DNA of 61,471 bases, the filler included, from Choristocarpus tenellus KU-1152 (lineage: Eukaryota; Protista; Phaeophyceae), in the NCBI GenBank assembly GCA_964200185.2. It is 13 parts of 13 records of this genome, joined end to end, with 100 filler letters (N's around TTAATTAATTAA, not from the genome) between each part and the next. Parts side by side here need not be neighbours in the genome. Positions count along the whole stretch, not along the records: positions 38,861 to 42,651 come from CAXNAD020017898.1; positions 42,752 to 45,789 come from CAXNAD020022768.1; positions 45,890 to 54,018 come from CAXNAD020005098.1; 10 more parts are not named here. One strand, given 5' to 3'. A program made the position numbers and the translations under genes. The notes under the pieces are model-generated. The model did no database searches, was not told the DNA's origin, and saw only the letters and a list, made by a program, of their open reading frames with translations. This document shows, one piece after another, positions 39,317-52,752 of the stretch. Every line of letters begins with the position of its first letter. Position 1 is the first letter of the stretch.

Positions 39317-41517
39317 GCCCGTGTGGCTGTCAGCATGACACAGTTGGAGGGTTTACCCTTGGAATGGTTCACTTCGGAGACCAGCCCAGCAGAGTCAGAA
39401 GCTGCAACGGTTGCGGAGGCTGAGGTTTTGGGGCTCTTGGAAGAGGCAAACACCTACAGAATTGGTGTGAAAACCAGCTCTAGGGATGTGTTGCAGCGGG
39501 GCCTGGGGAGGCGGAGTTGGGCTGAGAGGGCTGCTGCACTTTTGTCTGTGAAAGTTGGAAGGGGAAAAGGGTCGGGTGTCAGTGGTAAAGGGAGGACACG
39601 GCCTGGTGTGGAAGATGCTGAGGTATGTGTTACGTGTGTGTTGATGTGTGTGTTGATGTGTATTTGGTTTCGTAGGGTTGCTGAAGGCGTTATATCTTTG
39701 TTTTTGTACATTCATGTGATATAAATTAGGATGGTAGTGTAAGTGTTTGTGTTTAGAAGTGTGTTGAGGTTTTGAGAGGGGGGGGGTGTGTTTTTTTGGT
39801 AAGAAAACGAAGAAAACTAGTACGGTGCTTTCTTTTCTTTTTTTATGAAACGGTGACGTGAAATGTGGCGTGTTTTTAGTGTTGTAGGAAGAAAAGGTTT
39901 TGCCATTTTGAATGTTTTTGACGAATTTGTTGCCAAGTGGTTGAAAGAAGGGTTGGGCTATTTTGGTGGAGACACGTCCTTGAGCAGGGCGATTTTCTGA
40001 ATTGCTGTTGAAGTTAAGTCTATTGCGTATGAGTATGTTGACCTTTGCGTGGAGATAGGGGATCAAAGGTTGCTCCCATTGATTCTTGTATGCATTCATC
40101 CTGTTTTTGTCATGAAACTGTACTGATGTGCTGTTTCAAGGTATACGCTGTATTCATCAAGGTGTGTATTTTGTTGACATGCATGTGTGTGGTACAGATC
40201 CATGTAAAAAATCCCACCTGTTTAAGAAAAAACCAAGTATTAATATATGAGAGTATACCTTGTATTTGACCACATTTGTACCTTCTGTTGTCACATATGA
40301 GTAACTGTGGAGGGGAGCGAAGCTTTTCAATTCGTTTGATGAGCAGCTTTTTTTGAGAGGAATGGATCGCTGTTTGAGTATTTTGGAGGCGTGTGTGTGG
40401 GCTATGGGGACTCCCAAACGAGATCCATCCTCCTGCTGACTGGTGGTTGGTGTGGTTGTTTTCAAGTAGTGTCATTCGCTGATGGTGATCTGCACAAGCG
40501 GTTTTTTTTTTGAGCAAATTTTTGGTTACAGATTCGAACCGTTATACTGCTACCTGTGGGCATCTTGTGAGTTCAAATCCCTTCGATGCCAGACTTTTTT
40601 TCACTTCGACTTTTTTTGTTAACGGAGGAGGGCGATTGTTATAAGAGTAATGGTAGAACGGAAGGGGGAGGGGATATGTGACGATGGTTTCTGATATTCC
40701 CTGCTCTGTATGTAGCGACAACTAGTGATATGTTAGGTATGTGCTACGAATTAACCTGTGGTGAATGGATCCACTGCTTGGGTTCTGATTTATTAACAGT
40801 GTTCCCGGGTGTGGACCTGTGCAGGCGTTGCTTGGTGAGGCGGGCAAGCTGGGCATGTGCAAGGGATCGACTGACGAGCCTAGCATGGTGACCAGTATAC
40901 GGGCTCTTGTTGAAGGAATTGGACCCGTAACGAGGTAGGCAGAAGTGGTGGGTGTTGTCCTTGCATTGCTGGGGGGTCTTGTATTCGTATAGCTAAGCTG
41001 GCTATGGCTGATTCCGCAGGTTGTATGGCTTGGTTGAATGCTTGAATGTGGTCTTGGTTCTATTCTATTGTGGAAGACATATTTTGTGTGTGTTATTTTA
41101 AAATTTTTGCTTTTTCCTTGAGAGCTTGATGCGAGCGATGTTTTTTTTGTTTTTGCATTTTGCTTGTTGTCTCTTTTCATCTATTTAGATAAGAATCATG
41201 AAGCCTCTCCTCCCCCCCCCCTCAAAATGTTAGTATGAGTGAAGCCTTTTGTCATTTTTTTTTAGAGCAATGATACGATATGATACACTTTTTGTGTAGT
41301 GCAGTACCTTTTTATTCTAACCTCATATATACACATATATATGTATACACACATCATATGCATGCACGTATGTACATACACATTTAATTTCAGGGCACGT
41401 GAGCTTCTTCAAAGTACTGTGGAAGGAGGCAGTCTTCATGGAGACTCTGGATTGGAAGAGGTGGAGAGTGTACTAGCCCAACTGGTTGAATCGCCTGTGG
41501 TCTATGAGGAGGAAGAG
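39317..41517 (+). CDS. Exons 39317-39622, 40825-40934, 41394-41517 of a helical-repeat protein resembling the PLU-1 region of KDM5/JARID1-like proteins; partial
   Basis: GT-AG junctions with matching phases 0 and 2. Pattern 'SWAERAAALL...PGVEDAEALLGEAGKL...RARELL...LEEVESVLAQLVESPVVYEEE'. Confidence 0.65.
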
Positions 41518-43805
41518 GTGGGTATGTTGTTAACATGTGTGTGTGTGTGTGTCCTTCTCTGTGGTTGACTCAAGTTTGACTTGAAGTGTTTTTTTTTGTA
41601 TGTATGGTGGTTTGGGTATTGTGGAGGTATGGATACAAAATGAAGCTGTTACTTTTTTGTCTTAGTTTCTGGAGGCAAGAGTGTGGTGTATGGGGATGAC
41701 TCCAACATCGACAAACCCTAACCCTAATGCCGAAAAACATTTTTCAATTGCGCCACGGGTAAAGACAGCTCTCGAATCACACATACTGCGGAAATGGAAG
41801 AAGCAAGTTGAATCCTTACCGGCAGGTGTGTTCTTGAATGCGTTCATCTCCTCTTTTTAAAAAGAAACTTGAGAAGAAAAAAAAAAAAAAAAAAACCCCC
41901 CACCAACCCCCCCAACAAAAAAAAAAAAAAAAAAAAAAAAACAACCAACCACCAGACTGCCCTCTCCAAACTAAAAAAAAAGGATGAAACACGCACCCCT
42001 CTAGAAAAAGTTTGACTTCACAGAAAACAAACACATACGAATTGAGAAGATAGTAGATGCTATGCCCTGGGGCTCTATTAATGGGGATGACTCAAGCACG
42101 CCTGACTGGCTCGCACACGCCTTTGTACTTACGTGTAGGTTCTGATTGATGCACGCTTGACTGACCCACAAATGCAAACGCCTTTGGGTTTAAACATGAC
42201 CTTGTAGTCACGGGAAGCTTTTTTTTGTATTTGGGTGATCTTATTCCTATACTCTGTCACACAGATGCGGGTTAGGTTAGGGTTAGGGTTAGGGTTATCT
42301 CTGATCCTTAATGCCTACTCAAATATGATCTTTTTTTTATGTGAGTGTTTGAGTGCGTGTTCAAAATACGAAGGCATGAAGTCAAGTTTTACAAATATTT
42401 CCAAAGTAAACAAAAAAATTGGTGGGTATCGTAATATCGTTATTTTTTTCTGTATGGATGGGATGCTCACGTAGACTTACTTCCACATTATTATTTTTTT
42501 AACATAGGAGTTTTAAAACGGTCCTCAACGTGTGTTCGTATCGATACATTTGTCAAACCATTTTTTTTTTTAAGGGTTCTATCTGAGATCGTTAAAAAAA
42601 CATCGTAAGACAACTCCGTTGCTATGTGGTAACCCAAAGTATCTGGGGGGGNNNNNNNNNNNNNNNNNNNNNNNNNNNNNNNNNNNNNNNNNNNNTTAAT
42701 TAATTAANNNNNNNNNNNNNNNNNNNNNNNNNNNNNNNNNNNNNNNNNNNNCCCCCCCTCCCAGATACTTTAGGTCATTTTGACATAAATATTGCTATAA
42801 CCAAAGCTGTACGTCATATTGTTAGATAGTCAACATTCAAAGTAGGTCAGCATGCAAAAAAATATTCTCTGCGTTGAAGGATCGATTTTGCATTTTTGGA
42901 GACAACACGTTATTGGCAGTGACGCTAAGAAGTTGAGAAGAACGAACAATACAAATTCATATACAATGCAGTGCATGCAAGCATTTTCAAATACAAGTTC
43001 CAACCGACCATGCACAGCACTACTACCTTAGCCAGCAGGGGAGGAGAAGAGGCGGACACTATGATTAAGTGACCAAGCAAGAGCAAGATGTGAGAGATCT
43101 ATCCACAGACTGTGAAAGAAGAGCTCATCTTCAAGACCTATCTCTTTTTTTTAATCTTTTTTGCATACACAAGTGGTGTCTATTTTTGTCTACAGTAAGT
43201 CACTTTTTTCTCCATCACATCATTAACCTCTGGGACAAACGGCAGGACTCTGATCCACATCACGTTCTTGCTTCATGCTGTCTTGGGAATGGGCGACCTA
43301 TTGTAATTTCTGGCAGGACAAGAATCTTCCCAAATCAAAAAGTAAACCCAATTACTTCTAGAGCTTAGAGGCGCAAAGGACACACGCAAAAGATACGTCA
43401 GAAAAAAAAAACTCATCGACAATTTGCCTGCTGACTGCAGTAGGGCTCACGCCAAGTGAACACAACCATACACGTCAACAGCATTTGACCCTGGCGGAGG
43501 CATTCAATTGGAATGACATAACTTCTGGGGAAGGGAAGGGGGAGTTTATGGAAAAGCCAGGGACGGAAATACAGAGTGTACGACTTGTGCTTGGCCTATT
43601 CCTGTTGTACTGCACAGAAACAAACTGGCTATATCTTCTCTCTAACACTACTAAGTACAATAATACTACCACCGCATAATACAAGCATGCAAGAGTGCTA
43701 TCTGGAAGTCATTGCTCTGTCCAATCGTGTAGGGCACCCCTTAAATCGATTACCTCTAAACCTAGACACTCATCATTTCGACTACAGCTCACTCCTAGAA
43801 GCTAC

Positions 43806-44943
43806 CGAGCACCAAAGGTTGGGGAAGGGACCGAACGGTACTTTGAGGAGGTCTGCTTGCTTAGCGTAGACTCCAATTTGTATTCACCAGGGCCTGGGTA
43901 GAGGGAACCCCCGCGACCCCATCTGTCACTTGCAGGAAAGCCTGTGCCCTCACCCTCTCGAATACTCTCGGCATCTACTCCACCTCGTCCTTTGACCTCC
44001 TCTCCCCCCCAAGCACCTCTCACACCACCATCACCACGCTGGGCTGCAGTCCCAAACACTCCTCCAAATGCTGTCCGTCTCTTGTTGGACATATTGGGCT
44101 GCGGGAGGGGGAGGAGGGTAAGGATATGGGGCACCACACCGGCTGGAAATCTGTATGTTCCTTCACATTTTCCAGGACAAAACTCACCAACATCGAATGT
44201 CCGGTGCCTACTCTAAACTGGTATGGGGATCAAAGTGCTGATACTTTGCCCTTTGATCCAGAAAAGGACCGTGGTAGCAGCAAATGGTCGACAGAGGGGT
44301 AGTGAAGTGCTTTCATCAGTTTTGTTTTGTTTACAACAACTTCGAAGAGAGAAACAGAAGCAGAAAAAACCAAAAAACGACTACCTGTCTGCAGAGTCCC
44401 CCTAACCCTTAACAGCTGCTATTGACTTGGCCTTACTACGATTACTCCATTATTTTGTGACATGGATATATTTGTACACAAACTCAACAAGGAACAGGCA
44501 CCGTTTGCTGCTGAGCGATGGGATGGGCACAAACAAGATTTAACTCTAAACAACAGCCTTGTACGAAGCGTACCCACTTCAGCAGTTTTACCTCTGACCA
44601 GAAGAACCAGAGGGAGTGTGTGAATTGAACCCGTGTATGTGCATTGCAACATCAAGACAGTGACTATGGGCCTAACAATACCTTGAGAAGCTCTGAATAA
44701 ACTGCCCGCTATACATGAACATGGTGTTGTGTTTGTTGTGTTACAATTCAATGTCAAATTTCAGCATGAAAAAATAGTAAAACAAGAGAGTACGAGGCTA
44801 CTAGCTTGACGACAATATTCTGTCCTTCCCACATTGTAAGAGCATGGCCCAGGTCCGCCATCTCCAGTGCCAACCCTGGACTTGGAGCTGCGATTTGGGT
44901 TCCCAAAGCATGGTGAAGTTGCACTCTTGAATATGGAGTTGAC
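43806..44943 (-). CDS. ODF3/SHIPPO-repeat (Pro-Gly-Pro) flagellar microtubule-associated protein; exons ~44943-44810 and 44098-43806; partial
   Basis: 'YPGPGEYKLESTLSKQTSSKYRSVPSPTFGAR' and 'FKSATSPCFG...GPGPCSYNV'. Confidence 0.75.
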
Positions 44944-45605
44944 CTTGACAAAGGAGATACAGCGCCAAAAACAAGTGCCTAATAATTAGGAGTTGAACTA
45001 TATTTCAGGGTGGCAGAGGGAGGTACTAGGACTCATGTATGGGCATGTAAAAAGGCACAGCAACCTTTGAGAGGGATTTCAGGAGTGATCAGTACGGGGT
45101 GAGGGTATGCAGTGTCCAATGCTCGCCACGATATTTTCAATTTCCTCAGTTGTGTTAGCTTTCAGTTAAACTGTCCCCTCAGAGTGAAGGTTCTACATGC
45201 TGCCGATGTTATCCCCCCCCCAAATAAATGGCCCATTAGTATGCTGCTTGGTGGGTTGTGATAGCCAGCAGGTCGAAAGAGAGATCCCAGATCTCACAAA
45301 AAGATGTTGGAGCAGTAGCTGTGGCACAGGAGGAAAAAGGTGACCTCAAGGTAGCCCAAAAAGCAGTAATGCATAGTATCAGATCGAGCACACCCTGGGA
45401 GGTTGATATTACCATATTCTCACAGTGGGTGGGCCAGAGTTAAAAAAAAAAGAAAAGGTCAACAGTGAATGAATGGGGAATTCAATGCAGTGTTTGCCTC
45501 TTCCAATTCCTTTGATAGTGTCCTGCACATGTCCTAGAGACAATTTCAGATTGCCAAGTGTGCGGAAAAGCATGTATAGTCACAGATGTATATTGCCGGC
45601 ATATT

Positions 45606-45782
45606 GGCTCAAAGTATCTGGGGGGGGATGGCGGCTATCCATTTGGGACCAATTTTTCAATGTCACGATTTTGGATGATTTGGTTGTATATGTTGGATGG
45701 ATAATGTAAGTGCACTTTTCCTTGTTATGGCCCAAATGGACACCGTCGTGTAGTTCCCCCCCCCCCTCAGACACTTTGGGCC
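45606..45782 (+). mobile_element. MITE family B, complete (177 bp)
   Basis: TIRs ggctcaaagtatctggggggg / ccccctcagacactttgggcc; flanks att/att. Confidence 0.92.
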
Positions 45783-46749
45783 ATTGCTGNNNNNNNNNNN
45801 NNNNNNNNNNNNNNNNNNNNNNNNNNNNNNNNNTTAATTAATTAANNNNNNNNNNNNNNNNNNNNNNNNNNNNNNNNNNNNNNNNNNNNCGGCAATGATT
45901 TCGTTTGATCGTCGTACACATGTATGCCCTGCGTTGGATTGCTTGCTTGAATAATTAGTTCAGTTGGTGGAGTTGTTTGACTGTCGATGGTAGAAAAAAA
46001 TAGTATTTCGAAGTAGTTTTTTTCGGGGCAGCGTTTCATCGTCATTATGGATGGTTGACTGACTGAGAATAAGCAGTGTTATTTCCCCATGTTATTAAAT
46101 TGTTTATCAATTATTGCTATCGTCGCCAAGTAGAAGAAGCTGTGCAAATTACCTTGGGAGGTAATGCTATTTGTTGGTAGTTAAGATAAGAAGGTGTGAA
46201 GCCTCACACCACCCCGTTTGCTGGTTGAAATTAGAAGAGTGACCTTTGTGGTGTCTCTTCTCATTTCTTGTTTTATTATTATTTGTGCTTCCTACAGAAG
46301 TCAACAATTAAATCAAAGTAGTTGAATTCAAATCAACAAAACCTATACATACTCCATTCATAATTCTGATGTACGTTTTCATTAGTTACATCACATGGAC
46401 TCAATCAAAATGACTATCTCTCATAAACAAAATAAGGTACACCTCACAATTGTCCTATTTTGCACACTCCCCCATGAGAGTACAGGCAATGAAAGAGTTG
46501 CTGGAACTCTCAAACCTAAAACATCTTATTGTTCACACTCCCATTCTGCACACTTCCCCATGAAAAATGGAATTAAAACACGTCAGATTGGTTCAATTCT
46601 CACACACATCACATTTATCGTGTCAAAGCAAAAAAAGAACACTGATTGCTTGAACGCAAACATACGTCATTCATCTAGTCAACACAGTGATGTACAATCG
46701 TGTCCCATGATGACCCTCGCTTAGTTTATGGTTAAAAATTTGAACCAGC

Positions 46750-47750
46750 CCCCTTTTGCTGTTTCTCTTGTTGGACGTAGCACTCTTTCCCCCAGGCTTC
46801 AAGCCGATCATAATTGAATGACTTGTACATCCTCTTATTGAGTGAAGTCCTTTGCTAACAACCTTCCTCACCAGGGTGCCTCTGATATGGAAGATGGTTC
46901 TTGATGGTCTGGAGTAGATATTATTTACTTCCCAAATTTACCAAGTCTTGTACAGGCAGTCCTTTGCTGACAACCTTCCTCTGGTTTTCTTTTCTGGCTC
47001 CAACCCTGGTCCAGCTAATTCCTCCGCCTGTTAAGACGGTGTCGCTCTCCTTTGGCGACAAATGATCTGAAGGCTTCCTTTACCTCCACAGTTTGTAGCA
47101 TATTCATTCAAAAGAACAAGGACCAATATGCTTGACCAGTCCACAGTTTAAACATCTTATGTTGGTCCTGATCTCGTCTCTGGTAGGAGATCTTGTTGTA
47201 ATATGGCCCGTACGTTGACCAGTTGTACCTTGGCCGCCTCCTCCGCTGACCTTCTGTGTTCTCTTCTATGAGTTTATGGTCCCAGCTGCTAGAGTGCTCC
47301 CAGGCTCCCCACGGTTAGCTCCTCCTCTCCTTTCTGGTGGAGGCTTAGTTACTGCTCCTGCTAATGTCCTGCTCCCCTAGTGGCAGGTACAGCAATTGCT
47401 TTTCTCATTCCGTAAGCAAGAATCTTGGGGTCTCCAATCGATGGGTGTGCCCCCTTCAGGGACAAGTGTTGTGACGACTGCTCTAGGTCCATAAGCAGAT
47501 TCTTGTGGCTCAGACTCAGGCTCAGAATTGCAGCTCCGGCTGCATTGCCTCGATTAACTCTGTCACCTTGTCCCAGGGTCCCACTGCTCAATATTCGGCA
47601 TGACATACCAGGTACCCAAAGTATCTTCTGGACCTCCAGTTCTTGCTTGTTAACGATCGTACCATATTTATCTATTTTCTCGGGCAAGTTGTTGGACTTG
47701 TAACACATCACAGTGGGCGAACGGGACAAGGGGTAGGTGGAAGCGGTCGC
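46750..47750 (-). pseudogene. Decayed gag-like ORF with CCHC zinc knuckle(s), probably retroelement-derived
   Basis: 'IRCLNCGLVKHIGPC' near 47115-47160 within an interrupted, intronless coding-like stretch. Confidence 0.45.
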
Positions 47751-47940
47751 GAGACACACACGGCAGGCAGTAGTGAGCAACATGTTGCTGTCGACAGAAA
47801 GACCACGAGGGATAAAAAATATCAACAGCGAAAAGATCAACAATGGGCTGACTGACGATGAAACCAACAAAGGAAACTCGGTAACAACTTGGTAGATCAG
47901 AAGAGTCATCAGGCGATCATGGAACAACGACAACACTCCA

Positions 47941-48737
47941 TCACCCACCGTTGGCAATTAGCCTCTCTTCTGCTTGATTGAATTCCATGTAGACACGCAT
48001 CATGAAAGCGCATTCGGGATCAAACTCTATCTTCAGCATCGTTATTCTATTGTTTCCGTCCAGTGTTCGTCCTTGAATGGCAAGCGCAGTTTCGAAACTC
48101 GGCAACGTCACATGCACGGAGATGGTGCATCCACTGAGCGAGCGTGGCCTTGAGTGCGCCAGCAAGTCTATCCACGAGAAAGGCTGGCTGGAGCAGTTTG
48201 CTCCGTCTGTCGTAATCCAGCGAGACTGTTTAGGTAATGGGGACCAGCTCACCGCCGAAACTTTGCTTGCCACGAGAAAGGCTGGCTGGATCAGTTTGCT
48301 CCGTCTGTCGTCATCCAGCGAGACTGTTTGGGCAAGCGCAGTTTCAGGGGTGAGCTGGTCCCTATTACCTAAACAGTCTCGCTGGATGACGACAGACGGA
48401 GCAAACTGATCCAGCCAGTCTTTCTCGTGGCAAGCGCAGTTTCGGCGGTGAGCTGGTCCCCATTACCTAAACAGTCTCGCTGGATTACGACAGACGGAGC
48501 AAACTGCTTCAGCCAGCCTTTCTCGTGGATAGACTTGCTGGCGCACTCAAGGCCACGCTCGCTCAGTGGATGCACCATCTCCGTGCATGTGATGTTGCCG
48601 AGTTTCATCCGGTACGTGCGGAGGTAGTGATGTTCTAGGAGCGAGGACATGCCCTTCAGATTGCTGTCCCACATTCTCGATCCGTGGGCAGCGCCATCGG
48701 TGGGCGGGTGGATTGTTATTGAGCGAATGCTGAACAT
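47941..48737 (-). pseudogene. Small orphan gene (reconstructed ~148 aa) disrupted by an internal tandem-plus-inverted duplication
   Basis: Joining 48737-48429 to 48078-47941 through the shared ETALA codons gives one open frame from ATG to stop. A TATA-like 'gtatatac' lies ~55 nt upstream. Confidence 0.55.
48095..48605. repeat. Long near-perfect inverted repeat (arms ~48095-48329 and 48371-48605, ~41-nt loop)
   Basis: The arms are reverse complements with few mismatches; the ORF track gives the same peptides on both strands. Confidence 0.97.
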
Positions 48738-49058
48738 GGCAAAGATTGGGAGGGTGTGACGGGGATCGATAAATAAGGGGTGCGCGTGGTATATACGGAA
48801 GGGAATGAATTGAAATGAGGACTGAGGGCTGGGAGGTGCTGCTTTATTTCATCTGGTCGGTCGGTCCTCAAAACTCAGATTTGTCTTTCCGTTGACAATT
48901 ATAAAAAATACGAATATCGAACAGCATTCGATTTCATATTGGAAAGAGAAAAAGAGTAACAGTTTGTTTTGCTAACGAATTCTGGATTATTTTTATCACT
49001 TTATTCCTTCTTTGCCATTCCTCTATTCTCCATTCCTCTCCTGGTTTCCTATTTACCT

Positions 49059-49235
49059 CCATTTGATGACCAACCCGTGCGAATGCCCTTCGTCACCGAT
49101 TGTCAGCCATCCCCCCCCATTTGATGACCAACCATTGCGAATGCCCTACGTCACTGATTGCCAGCCATCCCCCACATTCGACGACCAACCAGTGTGAATG
49201 CCCTTCGTCACTGCTTGCCAGCCATCCCCCTCCAC
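49059..49235. repeat. Tandem repeat, 3 copies of ~57 bp
   Basis: 'ccatttgatgaccaacc..tgcgaatgccct.cgtcac.gattg.cagccatccccc' three times. Confidence 0.9.
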
Positions 49236-49415
49236 CTTTCAACCCACACAAGTTTCCACTCCCCTCAACCCCACAGCAGTTCTCTCACCACTCCACACCA
49301 CTCCACAATCATCCAAGAACACCCCTTCATGATCCACTTCAAACCATGCCTGTGAGCTAGAAGATATCTACCCCGTCGGAACTTGACCTCCCCTCCCCTT
49401 CGGGGTTGATTTCTT

Positions 49416-50537
49416 CTATCTCATCCCCCTTACCTCCTGCCCTGGTTGGACCCAATCCTTCCTACTCTCTGCCAAGCCCTTTGACACCGAGACTGGGTCC
49501 TTCTGGTTAGCCCTTACATATACCATAAAAGCCTTCGACTTCCATCTTCCCTCCCGCTGTATTACTAATTCTGATACCCCCATGCTTGCCAATCTCGTGG
49601 CTCCCCCTATCCTACCCGAATGCAAAGCGTACTCTTCTGGTCTTAGCCTAAGTTCCTTTACTATTCTCCTCAAGACACCTGTTGCTTGGCCCCTCGTGAT
49701 CACTCTCCACCCCCCTTCTTGCCTACATGTCATCAGAGGGGTGTCCGGGGGGAGTTCTGGGAAACATTCCAAAATAGTCATTACCACCTCCCAACCTCCC
49801 ATACTTTCTTCTTCTCCTTCCTTCCCTACCTTATATCTTGTCAACACTGCTCCTTTTCTACCCTGGTCCCCTTTTGACCCTGTGAACGTCACCTCTACTT
49901 TTGCTGCCTGGTGTCTATCTTCCCAACTTAATCTTTTTACTCCCCTCCTCCATACCACGTCCCTCCTTACTGTGAAATCTCCATGGACTCCTCCCCCTTC
50001 GTCATAGGCCCACAACTCTGAAGCTCTAGCTAGAAAGAAGAACGAGAAACCCAAACTTAGCCTTGTCAATTTACCTTCCCTACCTAGCATTTCAGTGCAT
50101 TGCTTTCTCTCTACAATCATTCTCCATGTTAGGGGTCTCCTCTTCCTGGGCTCACTTCCTACTTTTGTGTGGCTCCTCCCTATTTCTTTGAGTACAAATT
50201 AGATCATGAAATGTTGTGTGGGGAGCTGGAGGTTGAGGAAATGTTTATGGTAGTATTGGATTGCTGCTATCTTACCCTTAACTGTGCTTACTTGGTTCCC
50301 CCTACTCCCACAACAGAAACACATGAACTCCGCTAGGGCCTTTGCTACCTCTATCTCTCTACTCCCAGGGTCTAACCACCTACTCAATCCCCTATATGTA
50401 CGGAACTCAGACCATTGGCCCCAAGCTGCCTCACAACACTTCTGAGTAGATGGTGCAACCGATCCCCTGGCGTACAATGCTGCAAGGCACTCAAACACAC
50501 CATCTTCCCTTCCCGACCCAGGGGCTGCTCCTGCCAA
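49416..50537 (-). pseudogene. Tyrosine recombinase of the YR retrotransposon (interrupted near 50120-50200)
   Basis: FFFLARASE (R), SKGDQ (K), YALHSGRIGGAT (HxxR), GRWKS (W), FMVYVR (Y); N-terminal SAM-like region in ORF 50199-50537. Confidence 0.93.
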
Positions 50538-52602
50538 TCAATGCGTGGGCAAACTCGTTGGAGGTTAGGTTGAATTTCATCCCTCTTCCACCTCGATATG
50601 CGATCTGCTAAGTCATTCTGCCTACCCACAACATGTTCCGCTGTGAATGACCATTCCCCTGCTATCTCCAACGTCCCCATTATTCTCATCAATCCCCCTG
50701 CCCTCCTATCCTTTGCCCCCCCACACTTACGGAACCAATGCACTGCAGAGTAGTTGTCCTCTCTAAGCAACACTGGGTCTCCCTTCTTCCCTGCCTTCCC
50801 CTTTACCTTCATGACCAGTATCCATGCATTCATCACCATTCTTAGTAACTCTAAGACATATATTGATATACTCCCCCCTTCTCCTTTTATCACACTACGC
50901 ATAATATCCTTCTTCAAGTGTTCTGGGAAGTCATATCTCCACCACTTACCCGTCTCTACGTTGTACCCTCCTACTGCTGAAAATCATGCATCTGAATACC
51001 ATGTCGTACTTGGGGGCCTTGACACAAAACCCCAAAACGGGGAACTCAAGTTTTCTCCCTCCTCAGCCAGACCATGTTCTACTACCCACCTCCACCAATA
51101 CAAGTCTTCTTTAAATTCTATTCCTATCCTGATTTCCCTATTTCCTTCTTTTGGGCCTTCCCTCTGTTCGCCCTGCCCCCACCCCCTTGCTATCCTTCTC
51201 AACTAACCCCCCTTCTGGTGCAACCCTGACAGTTGTACCAGCCGCCAAAGAAAAAAACTCCCTGGGCGTACAACATACGATATGTGAAATAGTCGGCCCA
51301 ACAACCGCCATACCCCCTTCACTCTGACTACCGACTTCGACTCTGGCCACTCCCCTAACAACGACTTCAGCCCCTTCAGCTTTTCCTCTGGTAGGGCAAT
51401 GGCCATCTTTTCTGTGTCTATCCTCCATCCTACCACTACCTGTGTAGTATGTCATCCTGTCAATTTTTTTGCTGACAAAATGGGGGGCTCATCTATGTCT
51501 CTCTGGCATAGCAAACGTATGTGGTCGGAGACTAACGAATTTGTTGCTAGCTTCAGTCTTCACCCATCTTCAAACCATTGGGGCTCTACCAATATGCTAT
51601 CATCTACATACATTCTGGCAAAAAAAGGTCCTCCACCCCCCACCCCTTCTATTTCCTGCACCTTCCATTTCTCATCTACGGCACTAACCTCCCTCCTGCC
51701 CTCCTACTGTGAGTGTGTTACACCTACCGCAACCCTTTCTTCTTCTTTGAGAACTACTGTCGCCTTGGGATCTGTATGAGAGTGTGAAAATTCTAGGGCA
51801 CTTGCTAATAAGTCCCACCACCCTGGGCTATTCCTCCACCCAAATTGGAGTCTAAAATCAATCACCAGCAAGTCTCCCACACAATATCCAAACTTTGCTG
51901 CCCCTTGTGGTTCTACTGGTACTTGGCGAAAGGCATCCTTAACATCCATCTTACTAATCATAATTCTCGTCCTAGGGAACTTCTTCGTTAATCCCACAAT
52001 CCTCCTAATCAAGTCTTCTAGAACTGTTCCACAATGTACTGGAGGGGCATCCGCTAATTCTGTTTGGTCATTCACACTTGGCCCCCAACTCTCTTGCTGG
52101 TACGACAGATCATGAATGATCCTTACCTTCGTGGGTTCTTGTATGACTCCAACTGGGGACACCTGCAATCCTGGAATCTTCCCCCATATCCTTTTCGGAA
52201 ACACGAATGCTCTACCCTGGATCATGTCACTCACTACCTTTTATAGGAGGACATTATTTCTACTTCTTGCACTCATGTGGTTTCCATACTCTAGTCCTCA
52301 ACACTGCCTATTCCTCCTACACACACTGGTACTCCCCTGTTTACTACCTGTTGGAGTTTCTCTATCTGTGGGAACCCAACCTTTTTCCTAAAGTGGTCAC
52401 TAATCTTCTCCCAATTCAACCGTTTTGGGCTCCATCTTTCCCCTAACCTATCCACTAGTGTTACCAAATCCCCTCCACACTCTCCTAGTAATGCTTCCCC
52501 CTTCATTGCCAAATCCTTCAGTCCCTTCACTAACGTCACCCAATCCTTTTCTCCTTTCCAATTCTCCCATGCTCTCAACCATTCTTCAAAGTCATTCTTC
52601 AT
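50384..52602 (-). pseudogene. RT and RNase H of the YR retrotransposon, with several stops and frameshifts
   Basis: VSPVGVI..KVRIIHDLS, KMDVKDAFRQVPV, RLQFGWRNSPGWW, YVDD (~51600), YSDA, IYVLELL, REDN, HVVGRQNDLADRISR. Confidence 0.93.
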
Positions 52603-52752
52603 TCCCCCTTCCCCTCCCCCTCTACCTTTGAGTGTCCGGCGTATTGACCCTGGCGTTGGAATCCCTGACGTCTCTTGCCTATGTTTTGGTAGTCTTGACG
52701 TTCATTGGTCTCTTCCTGCCGGCCCACCCCGGGGAGGGGTGGGCCCGGGTCT

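Noticed and set aside
40560-40602. tRNA gene (gagttcaaatccc...gcca followed by T-run)
   Set aside because: Only a T-arm/B-box-like fragment; no acceptor-stem partner or D arm. At most a SINE or tRNA relic.
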